DNA from: Gordius albopunctatus
Taxonomy: Eukaryota
DNA length: 64,000 nucleotides
Reading direction: 5' to 3'
NCBI GenBank assembly: GCA_964276515.1
Contig: OZ193909.1
Location: 10,540,001-10,604,000 of the forward strand
Shown here piece after piece: positions 53,173 through 64,000 of this stretch. The notes under the pieces are model-generated. The model worked only from the letters and a program-made list of their open reading frames with translations, searched no databases and was not told where the DNA came from. A program made the translations under genes and the position numbers. The first letter of the stretch is position 1. Every line of letters starts with the position of its first letter.

Positions 53173-53797
53173 GCTCTATAAGAGTTGTATGATGAATAGG
53201 AAATTTAATGTAGTGTGCTTGAGAAGACCAGGTATTTCTATTATCAACAATGAATTAAGAATTATTTGTGAAATCAGATCCTTTTGCCAGAATACCCACT
53301 TCTATTTCGTACAACCATGTGCATGTGTTTAAAATCCAAAATCTCCCAAAAACTCTCCTTTACTATTGCATTGTCAAACGATTCTTGCATTAAATTTTTG
53401 CACATACAGGGAATAAATTGCCTTTATAGGTTTAGTCTTTGAAGCAAGAGCTCGCACCCGCTTAACGATTTCAAAATTACAATAGATTATTTAATGAAAC
53501 CGCAATAGATTAAATCTAAAGCATGAGTTTTCTAGAAGCTTTATGCTTCAACTATATTCGATAAATAACTATTTAATGTCAAGGTTAGTTAGAATTGGAA
53601 GATAATTATTTGGAATATAAATTTGATTTTAATAATTTTTGTCATAAATTTAAATACGAGCAATTTATAGTTTAAAACCTCATATTCCTAATCTTATAAT
53701 AATGGTGCTTTTGTTGTTGTTTCTACCCGTTTTTATATGTGCATCTAATTATCAATCTTTTAAATAATAATATTATCAATTAAAAGTCACTCGCACA

Positions 53798-55156
53798 TAG
53801 AGACCTGCACGGGCGGCCGGAGGCCTGGCCCGAAAAATCCCGGGCCTCAAATTTTGAGGCTTTAAAATTCCGGGCCAGGCCGGGCCTAATTCATAAATAA
53901 TAGGCCCGGCCCGGAATAATTTAGAAGTAGTAGCCTAAGCAGTCTTTTGTTCTGTGTAAAACAATAATAATTACAAAAAATTAATTAAGTTATTGATTCA
54001 TTCATTTTACGCTTTTTCTAATATACAAAAATTGAGTATGGAACAAAAAAAATCTACCCCTAATAGCTGAAAATATTCGGAAAGAATTTTATAAAGTAAA
54101 GGAAATCCACACCTACATAAAGTTAAGGATCAACGAAAACAAATAGAAATATTGGAATGGTGGAAAGCACACCTTTGGGAGATATTCGATTCTAGATTCG
54201 ATTTAACATAAATCATTAAACTATAAATAATATATTTTGATATGTATTGACCTTATGTGCCGAGATTTATTTATATATATAAACATTCTAGATTTATAAT
54301 AAAACAAGATAATAACCCGTTGTACGGGTACTGAAACTAAATAATAGATAAACTCTAATTAATGCCATCTAGGCGAAATTTTTAATAAGAGACTATATTA
54401 ATTTAAATAATTTTGATACTGAAGAATAAAAATAAGTTAATGATTTGGGACCATACAAAATAATCGAATTTGCAACCTGCAATCATCGTCTAAGTTTTTG
54501 TATATAAAAAATAAAGACTAACCAAAATATCAATATTTTATACCTCTTTAATATTTTGATATTCAATCATTGAATTTTAATGAATAAATTCATTTATAGC
54601 GATATTTAGAAATTAAAAAACTTAATTTTTTTGAATCGAATTCGAATCCTTATTTTAATATTCGACGTCTCGAATTTAATATTTTTTCAAATAGAATTAT
54701 CGAATCCGAATCGAATACTAAAAATATTCGATTTGATTCGAAATACAGAGGCGTTGTGGAAAGACCATAGTGGTCAATTTCTAGCGTTTAACTCCCTTGT
54801 TTTAGGATTTTCGACACCTGCTTCATTTGCCTAGAGTGCGAGGTGTTTTTCGTTAGCGGGCCGGATTTATTAAGACCGAAGAACAAATTTAAACACGAAA
54901 AATTTTGATGCCTGTGTTTTTTGCATCCAAAATAGTTCCATTATCGATTTATAATTATATTACCTGCGTTTTATTTTTTAATTAAAAATTTTATAAAAAT
55001 TGAGTTTGATTAAATTCCTGCAATTCTAAAAATTCCGGGCCGGTCCCGGGCCTTGTTTTTAAAGATGCTAAAATTCGGGTCCGTGCCGAGTCTTTTCCCT
55101 ATTTTGAATTCCGGGCCGGGGCCGGGCCTTAAAAAAATTGATTTTGCAGGTCTCTG
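53798..55156 (+). mobile_element. MITE family B (hAT derivative) with nested family C
   Basis: TAGAGACCTGCA / TGCAGGTCTCTG termini; TCGCACA(T) duplicated on both sides, with the empty site visible in the MITE A copy at ~36450-36470; GGCCCG subterminal repeats; relic LEWWK|DHSGQF...TPAS...FSLAG. Confidence 0.88.
54168..54755. mobile_element. MITE family C nested in family B
   Basis: Perfect TSD GTGGAAAG (54160-54167, 54756-54763); TTCGA repeats; inverted match to 39505-40437. Confidence 0.85.
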
Positions 55157-56459
55157 TCGCACATTGTGGTTTATAACGCTAGAGTAAACATGCAATAAAC
55201 ACTATGGGCTATAATTAATAATGGTACTAATGGACTTAAATGTTTGCCTTAAATATGTTAAGGTCTACTTTGAAGCTTTAGCCAGGGTTAATAAAGGGTC
55301 TCAATTTGCTAAATTGTGCAACTAAGTCAACTATGACCGAAATTATTATTTTCGAAGTCTATATAGTTGACAAACACGGTGATTTGATACAAACGTTATA
55401 ATTTGCTAGAACAATAAAATTTAATTTTCTATACTTCAAATTTATTTATATTTTTTAGTCTGCACTTTCCATAGAAAATGTTATTTTTTTGAATAAATTC
55501 ATATCTTTATATTGACAATGAGATGTCGTGTCCCGCTAAATCTTTAAAAAGTTTGTGTATTAAAGTTTATCAAAAAATAAAAAAATTTGCCATTTTAATT
55601 TTTTAAAACTTATTTAATATTTTTAATAAAACAGGAAAATTTTTTTAAAAAGTCGAGACGAGATTTTTCTAGACCGAGACGAGATTTTCATAATCGCTAC
55701 CGAGACGAGATCGAAACACTACAAATTTTGTTGAGATTTATCAATCTTAAACTTTATAAAGGGAAAATATAAAATTTTTATTTGAATATAATCACAAATA
55801 CAGTTAAATAATAATAATTAACAATTTAAAATGAAAAATAGACAAATCTTGCTGGAGACATCTTTCACATATTTTATAAAAGATTAGTTTACTTTACTTC
55901 GATTCGGGCCGGGCACAGGCCTCGGGTCGGGCCTGATGAGGCTCCCCGACCCGAGTATTTTATAAAATTCTGCCCTAGCCCGTGCAGGGCTCTAGGGGGG
56001 ATATAAGACCCACCCCAAGAGCAAAATCCTGGCCCCTTCGGCACCCCCAAGTGAATTATTTTGGCCCCCCAAGCAATTATTTACTTAACTTAAAACAAAT
56101 AATGAAATTTATTGATTTTTAAATAAGTAAATCTTTTAATTGGGCTAAGTGAGAAATTTATAATAAATTTCCGCTTTGTATAGGCAATGGATAGCCCATT
56201 TTCAAAGTATTTAGCTCCACAATAGCTTAAATCAAAGTATGGTATATTATTAGGAATTGGAGCAATATCATTGGCCATTTTACAAAAATTATAATTTTTC
56301 TTGTCAACATACAGGGTTCCATTGCTTTAATTATTTGTACAAACTCACTAAACGGTTATGATTATATATTGCCTTAATATAATCCTTTCAATTGCTTAGT
56401 TTTGTTTTATAACTATAATTATTCATTACCTATATAAAATTTTTGTGGGTAATTTTGCT

Positions 56460-57002
56460 TAGAGACCTGTAGAGCCTAGCTCTGTCGGGCATAAAAACTC
56501 GACACTAGGGCCGGGCTTTTGCTTTAAAAAACAACTTACCAAGGACTGCCCATAACCTAGCGGGCTCGGGCCGGGGATAGATATAAGTAAGGCCACCGTT
56601 ACAAAAACTTTTAGATTTTTTTAAGTATAAAGAAAGGTGTGGTTTTTTATTTTCCATATTTATCTAATTTTTATTAAATTAACAATAAAAATAAAATGAA
56701 GTTTTTCTCGTTATTCATTCATTCATCAATATCGAAAAGCGCTTTTCGAAATGATTCGTGCTAATCCAAAAAATATATATACACCAGGTCCACTCCAATC
56801 ACACCCTTTAATAATCTATAAAATTAGAGTAAGCTAATTGAATAATTTGATAAGTTTCATTTTTTGTATCTTCAGCCTTAGTAAAATATTGGCAAACCGG
56901 GTTTTTAATTTATTATTTTAATGGGCCCACACCAGGACAGGGTTTTTATATATTTGTAAGTGGCGGGATGGTTGATCTTAAAAGGCCTGTTGCAGTTCTC
57001 TA
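56460..57002. mobile_element. Decayed hAT-type MITE
   Basis: TAGAGACCTGTA / TGCAGTTCTCTA termini with GGGCC motifs; TSD not convincing. Confidence 0.5.
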
Positions 57003-57589
57003 TTTTCGAATGCTCATGTGTAACTCAATGATAGGAATATCTAAAATTTGGCAACATATTTTTGGTATGGACTTAAAAAAGTAGAAGTTCAAACGAATTT
57101 TGAACAAAATTAAACAATGGAATAAAATTTAAGTTCAACCTTGCTATGGGGAAAATGCTAGCTAGGCCACTGTTTGCAGGCCAATAACTTTATTTTAATA
57201 TATAAAGCCGACCTCGGCATGGCCAAAATAAAAAGAATTATCCAAAATTTTCTAAATGTTTGTTTACGTTTTAATTTTGGCTTCAAATGAAATAAACTAA
57301 GCCCGAAACCAGTTGAACACTATACATTTAGGTCTTTTAATATATTGAGTGCTGGGCCAAAGACAACCTGTAGACATTCATTTATTCACTACCGCGCGTT
57401 CGCACTTTCTATGCATACTTATTGTATTTTACGCCTCTAGCGAAAGTTTCTTATGAAACCGTACCTAGGGGAATCCAGGATCGGGCTTAACCCGGTCCCG
57501 GATTTTAATGCCCAGCCGCCTGAAATATATTGTGCCCAACTGACCTGTGAACCAGGTCAATAATGTAATCAAACTTGTTAAACAGAGGA

Positions 57590-58000
57590 GAAAAGTGCTC
57601 ATGTTTTTTAGACCAAGCAAATGGGTAGAAGGAATTATAACAAACATGGTAGTGTGGGCTTAAGGAAGAAGGCAGCATGACACTTAGTTCAGGTATCAAA
57701 GAAAAACGTCTGCTTACAATGAGACTGGAGGTGGTCAGAAAGAGAAATAAGGAATTAGAGCAGATAGTTGTGCAAATGTGGGAGCATAAAAAATGTAAAG
57801 GAACCTAATAAAAAGTTAAAAAGCTGCTATATACTAAGAAGGCACATCTGCAACTTAACCAAGTGAAGAGGGGAATTGTAGAGTTAATGAGATCATATGC
57901 ATAAATTAAATTCTCTGATGTTGATCTTCTGTACATTATTTGTTATGTACCAACTTCTTGTCTCATAAATTACCTCTCCTATTAACTCTAATAGGAAGAA
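57590..58000 (+). mobile_element. Decayed gypsy 3' end related to the 48202-53172 element
   Basis: CCAAGCAAATGGGTAGAAGG is shared with the minus strand of 48690-48710; purine tract GAAGAGGGGAAT is followed by TGTAGAG, the same LTR start. Confidence 0.6.
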
Positions 58001-58617
58001 TAAATTTGAGATATATTCTATGAATGTTTACCAATTTCAAAAAATTGTTTTGCAAACTACCAAGTTGGTCTGTGTATAAATGGTGGAAAAGCAAAATTTT
58101 AATCATTCTTTTAAGCTGACCAAATCAAATTTTATTTAATATAGTATTTGTGATTATCATATTAAAAATATAATTTATTTACTGTTTCTTAAGCCATGAA
58201 GACCAGACACAATTTTGAGAAAAGTCCTTTCTTTTACAAAATAAGAAGCCACTAATTAGCAAGATAATTAAATTAGTTTATAATGTAAAACACATCTTAA
58301 GCTTTAATAAAAGTGAAATTTGATAATATTATAAGGTCTTTAACTATGCAAATTTAGACTAAAAATGGTATTTTTGGGTATGATATATTCAACCGTAGGT
58401 TTTAATGGGTTAATAAATAAAAAATAAGAATTGTATATTAAGCCTAAACCAAGAAATGATTCCGTTCAAAAATTTAATAACAAGAAATACCTTAGTGATA
58501 TTATATACTTGTAATGTGAATATATAGATAAAATTTTTTAATTTCAAATTTTTGTTTGTGCAAATTAGATTAGGGTGATATAGTAGATCATATATTTATT
58601 ATAATCAGATTACAAAA

Positions 58618-59182
<565 letters not shown>

Positions 59183-59371
59183 TATCGCTAAAGGAAAACA
59201 ATATGTAAAAATATAACTCCGCTAGGTAAATAAAAAATAAATAGATATTTAAAAAGTCTTTTTAATTATATCATAGGTTATATCACAATTTTATACAGAA
59301 TTTCTTCTCGTATTTTTCTTTTAAATATATTTTACGATCTTCATTAAAAATGTATATTCTAACTGGCATAC

Positions 59372-59409
59372 GCAAAAAGCTTGCGTTTGCACTTCAGGTC
59401 TAGGAGAGG
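59372..59409 (-). promoter_or_regulatory. Putative non-coding first exon of RPS14 starting with a TOP/TCT-like pyrimidine tract
   Basis: Minus strand CCTCTCCT...TTTTGC|GTATG donor at 59371; strong acceptor TTTTCCTTTAG at 59188, five nt before the ATG. Confidence 0.5.
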
Positions 59410-59731
59410 TGTTAAGAAGATAAAATCATTATATGTATGGTAATTTAGCGTCAATAGGTATTATATATATGCCTCCTAAAGATATCCCCCATAGTTTAAT
59501 TTTAATAAACTTTATTTATTTTATTGTCAGAGTGTTGTCGGTTAAATGAATCTTGAATGAGATAGGCAAACAGATTATCTCAAATTACTGACTGGAGTGT
59601 TAATTATAACTGCACTTATTAACAGAAAAAATTTTTCTATCAGTAAATGGCCCCTAATGATTCAATTTTAAAAACAGTGATCAAATATATCTATATTTCT
59701 TTAACCTTTATCCGCGATCATGAATTACGTT

Positions 59732-60410
59732 CATGGGCGTAGCCAGATTTTAAATTAGGGGGGGGGGGGGGCAGAGTAAAAAAAAATTTTCCTTACCAAA
59801 AATTTTCGGCGAGCAAAAAAAAAAAGGTCTCCAGTATCCAAAACCTATAAAATGGCTAATCGGGGGGGGGGGAGGCAGCCGCACTTCCTGCCTCCCCCTG
59901 ACAAATTAGGGGGGGGGGGCAAAACATAATTTCTTAGGGTTTTTGTATTGCAAAGTTTTGTTTTTTTGAAATTCGGGGGGGGGGGGGCAAATTTAAAAAC
60001 TTAGTAGCCTTTTAATGTGTTTTAATAATAAAAAAAACTTAATATATATTCGAATAGATTTCGAACCCTTAAATTTTTTTGAATCAAATTCGAATCTTCA
60101 TTTTAATATTCGACGAATCTCGAATCGAATATTTTTTTGGAAAAAATTCGAATCCGAATCGAATCGAGACGAGACGAGAATTTGAAAAATGGAGTCGAGA
60201 TCGAGACGAGAATTTTGATATCGAGACGAGACGATACGAGATTTTTTCGGCGAGATCTCGACTTTTTTTATCATTAGATTTTAGTAAATTATTGTGTATT
60301 TTAATTTGCATGATTTACATTTAATTTAAGGTATTAAGTGTAAATCCATATGTATGGAATATATTTGACATTCAAAAAATTCCTGTAAATATTATATTTT
60401 TTGCAACATT
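59732..60410. mobile_element. Chain of MITE fragments (CATGGGCGTA family, family C, family A)
   Basis: CATGGGCGTAGCC start with poly-G tracts; 60030-60165 matches 54600-54715; 60165-60410 matches 41235-41460. Confidence 0.7.
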
Positions 60411-60414
60411 TACC

Positions 60415-61294
60415 TAAGTTGGAGACTCTAAACCTTTTCGGGTTAATATTGGATTACATCAAGGCTCTGTTTTAATTACCTTTTTATTTAATTTGATTAT
60501 GGACACGCACGATAATAAGAAACATTTGATAGCCATTGACATGGTGTATGGTATATGCCAATGATATAATATTATGCGAAGAAACAAAGGAGAAAGTATT
60601 CGAAGAATCCGAAAAGTGGTCAAAACGCCTAGCTGGATGTGGTTTTAAGGTCAACGATCGAATAGCGGTATACATAGAAATTAACGGTACAGGCAGCCCA
60701 TCGCTGGATGACAATCTAATGTACCCAAAAGTAGACAGATTTACATACCTCGGCTCGATGCTACATCGAGAGCGAGGTTGCGCAACGGAAGTCAATGCTC
60801 GGATCCAAAAAGGATGGCCTAAATGGCGAACTATATCCGGTGTAATGTGCGACAAGAAAATGCCAATATGGTTGAAGAGCAAAGCTTACAAATCCATCGT
60901 AAAACCGGTGTTACTCTATGGAAGTGAAACATGGGAATTAAACACCACGGAAGGAAAGCTATTACAAGCCACAGAGATGAGAATGATACGGTGGAGCTTG
61001 GGGTATACTAAGCTCGACCTAAGGCGGACATGATTAACGAAAAACGGCTAAGGTGGTATGGGCATATACTAAGAAGGGACACGAATGACCTAAATTAAAA
61101 AGTACTGGACATGGAGGTACCGGGTAAGAGAGGAAGAGGACGACCCCGTGTCACGTGGAAAGGGCAAATCGATAAAGTAATGAAAACGAAATAGATTAGT
61201 CCAGATATGGCACTCACCCGGTCAAGATGGAAGAAACTTATTAAAGCAAACCCCACGACTGTGGGACCACATAACTGATAAAGAAGAAGAAGAA
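60415..61294 (+). mobile_element. RTE-clade LINE, 5'-truncated
   Basis: GLHQGSVL, WCMVYANDI, FTYLGS, LLYGSETW, EMRMIRW, RLRWYGH; (GAA)n tail. Confidence 0.9.
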
Positions 61295-62533
61295 TTTAAC
61301 TTAATGTAATTTGGAATAGAAATAGTTTATGATTATACATAAAGAAACTATTAAAAAATGTTTTCCATTGCAGAATATGTCTTTTGTTGGGTCTTAATTC
61401 AAATTGTCATCTTAACCCTTTTTTTATTTGTATTATGTAAAATATAACCATACTACATTTGCATTCTTTATGTTTTTAATAAAAAACAATTTTTTTTATT
61501 GATTTAGGTACACTAATAAGAAGTGAAAACGTAAGGATTAATCTATCCCCCGAAAGGGGCTATAACAAGAAGCTACGAGCATTTTTAGAAATTTTGCTCT
61601 TTTAAACTTAATTTGTTAGAAAACTATGACGTTTGCCCTTCCAAATTTTTTTCCTATATTGAAAATTCACCTTAAAAATATGTTTAAACAAAAAATTTGT
61701 AAAAATATTTTTTAGTTTGTTTAAAAAAGCGATTTAATATTTTATGGCTATTTAGTCCCCGGTCTCCCCTTCATTCCAAACATTAATTTACAGTTAAATA
61801 TGCGTAAAAAATTAGATATTATTTGTTTTTAGGGAAATAACATATTTTATTCAATGTTTTTTTAGAATCATTTATTAATTATGTTATTTTTGTAAATAAA
61901 AGATTTTAGCAATATATATTCGATTTCAAATTAATTATACATGACTCCATCTTTTTAAATGAGCGTTATTTTTTAATTATTTTGGGGGTTTATTTATAAT
62001 ATTATTATCTTATAATTTTTAATCGCCTATACATTGATTTTATTAAATATAGCATAAATCATAATTTAAAATTTATAAAAATTATTATGAGATATTCAAA
62101 TAAATAGAGGGTATATATAGAATAACGTTAAAATAGACTCCCTCGTTTTAGTAGTTATACATGGCTGCCAAAATTGGCATCATTTTTTAAGGAAATGAAT
62201 CTGATTAGTCTATTGGTCACCATCATGCGGCTTAGAAATATTCTTTACGAGGGACAAAATCTATTTAATTAAGTTTAGAAATTTTTTGGCCTTTAGAAAT
62301 TAAACTGTTTGTGGCGAATCCTATAGGCGCATTCACATATCGGTTTACCTGACTTTCGCTAACGCGTATCTTTAGCCAAATGACATGTTACCTTAAAGTT
62401 TCCTTTTAGACGCTTCCTAGCTCAGTTATACAATCTTTCTCTTAGATCCCATGAACTTGACTCCTCTTTACTTTAAATGCTTCCCCAATGGGAAGCCCCA
62501 ATAGTCACGTGACACGTGGCTATATAACCTCTA

Positions 62534-64000
62534 ATGCTAAGGGACCCGGATCAACGCGTGCAGAAACGCGATAGACACGAAGCGAAATACGCTATACTAA
62601 TGTCCCAAGTCTGCCTCCCTACGTCGCTCCAGGATGTGTTAATCGCACACGATAAGCAGTTAAAAACCTTATGCCTGGCCATCAAATATAACTGGGACAC
62701 GGCAGTTAAACACGACATGACCTGGTTAACGGACATGGGCTTCACAAACGTGGACATATCCATGCCCAAGTCCCTGAAAAAGTCGTTTTTCCCAGGAGCT
62801 GGCAGGGGCCGAAGAAAAAAGTCGGGCCAAAACTTCCAGTTCACGGCAAAGATCGATCTCAAAGACGCGTTCTTTAGTATCCCGCTTCACAGAAATGGCA
62901 AAAAGTACTGCGGATACAAATGGAGAGATAAATTATACCAATACAATGTCCTGCCCATGGGGGCGTCCTTTTCGCCCTACGTATTACAATCAATAGTAGG
63001 GGACATGGTAAAAAAGGCTGTAACCAAGTGCAACTACAACGTCTACCTAGACGACATCCTAATCTTTGCTGACAACAATGACGACGTGGTGGAGAATCTG
63101 AGCAACATCACCACCATGGCCTCCGATTGGGGCCTTACGATAAACACGAAAAAAGTCGTCATGGCACCCTGAGACCAAGCTCGAGTATCTGGGACTCGTA
63201 CTGGACTTCAAACACACTTAATCAAGTGCTCATCCGAAACCCAAATAAGACTTACGTACGCAGCGGACATTCTCTTCTTGTTCCTGTCCGCAGCCACGCC
63301 ACCAAACGATTACTCTCTCTTGGAGGCATTAGGGGTCCTCAATTATTTCTTTTATAACCTGACGGGAATGCCTAGACTCTTCAGCACTTTCTACGCAATA
63401 GCAGCGCTAAACACCACAACACACGATAGGATAGCAGCACACGCCAAGATACAAGGGTGTCTCGCTATCCTAACACAAGTCATCCCACTACACCACGACC
63501 ACGACACGGCATATACGCCGACGCATCCAACGAACACTTCGGAATTTATTGGAACGACCAAAACTTCTTGATATCTTTCTCAGACGCCGCCGAAGCGATC
63601 AGGCTATTATGGATACACATCGGGCAGATTACGGCCACGGAAACACTCGCAGCAATCTAGATTTACAACGGGTACCGATTCCCCAATGTCATCACTGACT
63701 CGACAACAGCATACTTTGTCCTACTGAAGGGAGGATCGAACTCCCCAATAATCGAAAGACGTATCTCACCTCTTACGATTGCACTTAACCTTAGATGGAC
63801 ATCATCCGCAACCAACCCAGCTGATACACCGTCAAGGATATGGCTACCGCCCGAAAGATACGTAGTGCCGAACCAACACACAAATGCGATACCACAAGGA
63901 GTCGAGATCCCAGACTTGGAAAATATCGAGGAGCAAATAGGCCTCGGTTTTTGGGAAGTCGAAAATTCCGCGGAGACAAACGAGGAAAACAGAGCAGAAA
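62534..64000 (+). mobile_element. Degenerate RT-RNase H retroelement of DIRS/PAT-like or hepadnavirus-like type; continues off the window
   Basis: AKIDLKDAFFSIPLH, YQYNVLPMGASFSPY, YLDDILI, GLTINTKK, (frameshift) LEYLG, LGVLNY, IYADAS, ETLAAI, (TAG) VITDSTT..VLLKGGSNSP, LRWTSSATNPADTPSR. Confidence 0.8.

Larger units (their letters stand above)
53455..55721. mobile_element. MITE family A, one end truncated, interrupted by family B
   Basis: Terminus GAGATCGAAACACTA at 55721; close inverted match to 35825-36800. Confidence 0.85.

Noticed and set aside
35825..55721. 20-kb composite transposon bounded by two inverted MITE A ends
   Set aside because: Flanks differ (CTCTGGAT vs CAAATTTT), so there is no TSD; both are the same end type, consistent with two independent truncated copies.
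56090..56400. Minus-strand 62-aa ORF (MANDIAPIPNN...)
   Set aside because: Short, wedged between MITE fragments, with no recognisable motif or supported exon chain.
59188..59371. Intronic snoRNA in the RPS14 leader intron
   Set aside because: No convincing C (RTGATGA) and D (CTGA) box pair or H/ACA hairpins seen.
63658..63660. Programmed stop-codon readthrough in the RNase H
   Set aside because: The same element has several other frameshifts and stops, so a nonsense mutation (e.g. TGG to TAG) is the simpler explanation.

Overview
Very AT-rich eukaryotic (animal) genomic DNA; the species cannot be identified from this window. I spliced four conserved genes by hand: an hnRNP F/H-family gene (minus, 3' end off the left edge), NFU1 (plus), LIS1/PAFAH1B1 (minus, tail-to-tail with NFU1) and RPS14 (minus). 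18 of their 26 coding introns are only 33-39 nt; two introns are multi-kb and filled with transposons. Most of the remaining sequence is nested, decayed mobile DNA: many hAT derivatives/MITEs with 8-bp target-site duplications (TSDs) and family-specific subterminal motifs, piggyBac and mariner relics, Helitron ends, foldback elements, RTE-group LINEs, two CRE-like non-LTR fragments and a full-length Ty3/gypsy provirus. At the right edge is a degenerate RT-RNase H with both DIRS/PAT-like and hepadnavirus-like motifs, the most unusual coding element here. All calls come from manual translation and motif recall, with no database searches; boundaries of decayed elements are approximate.
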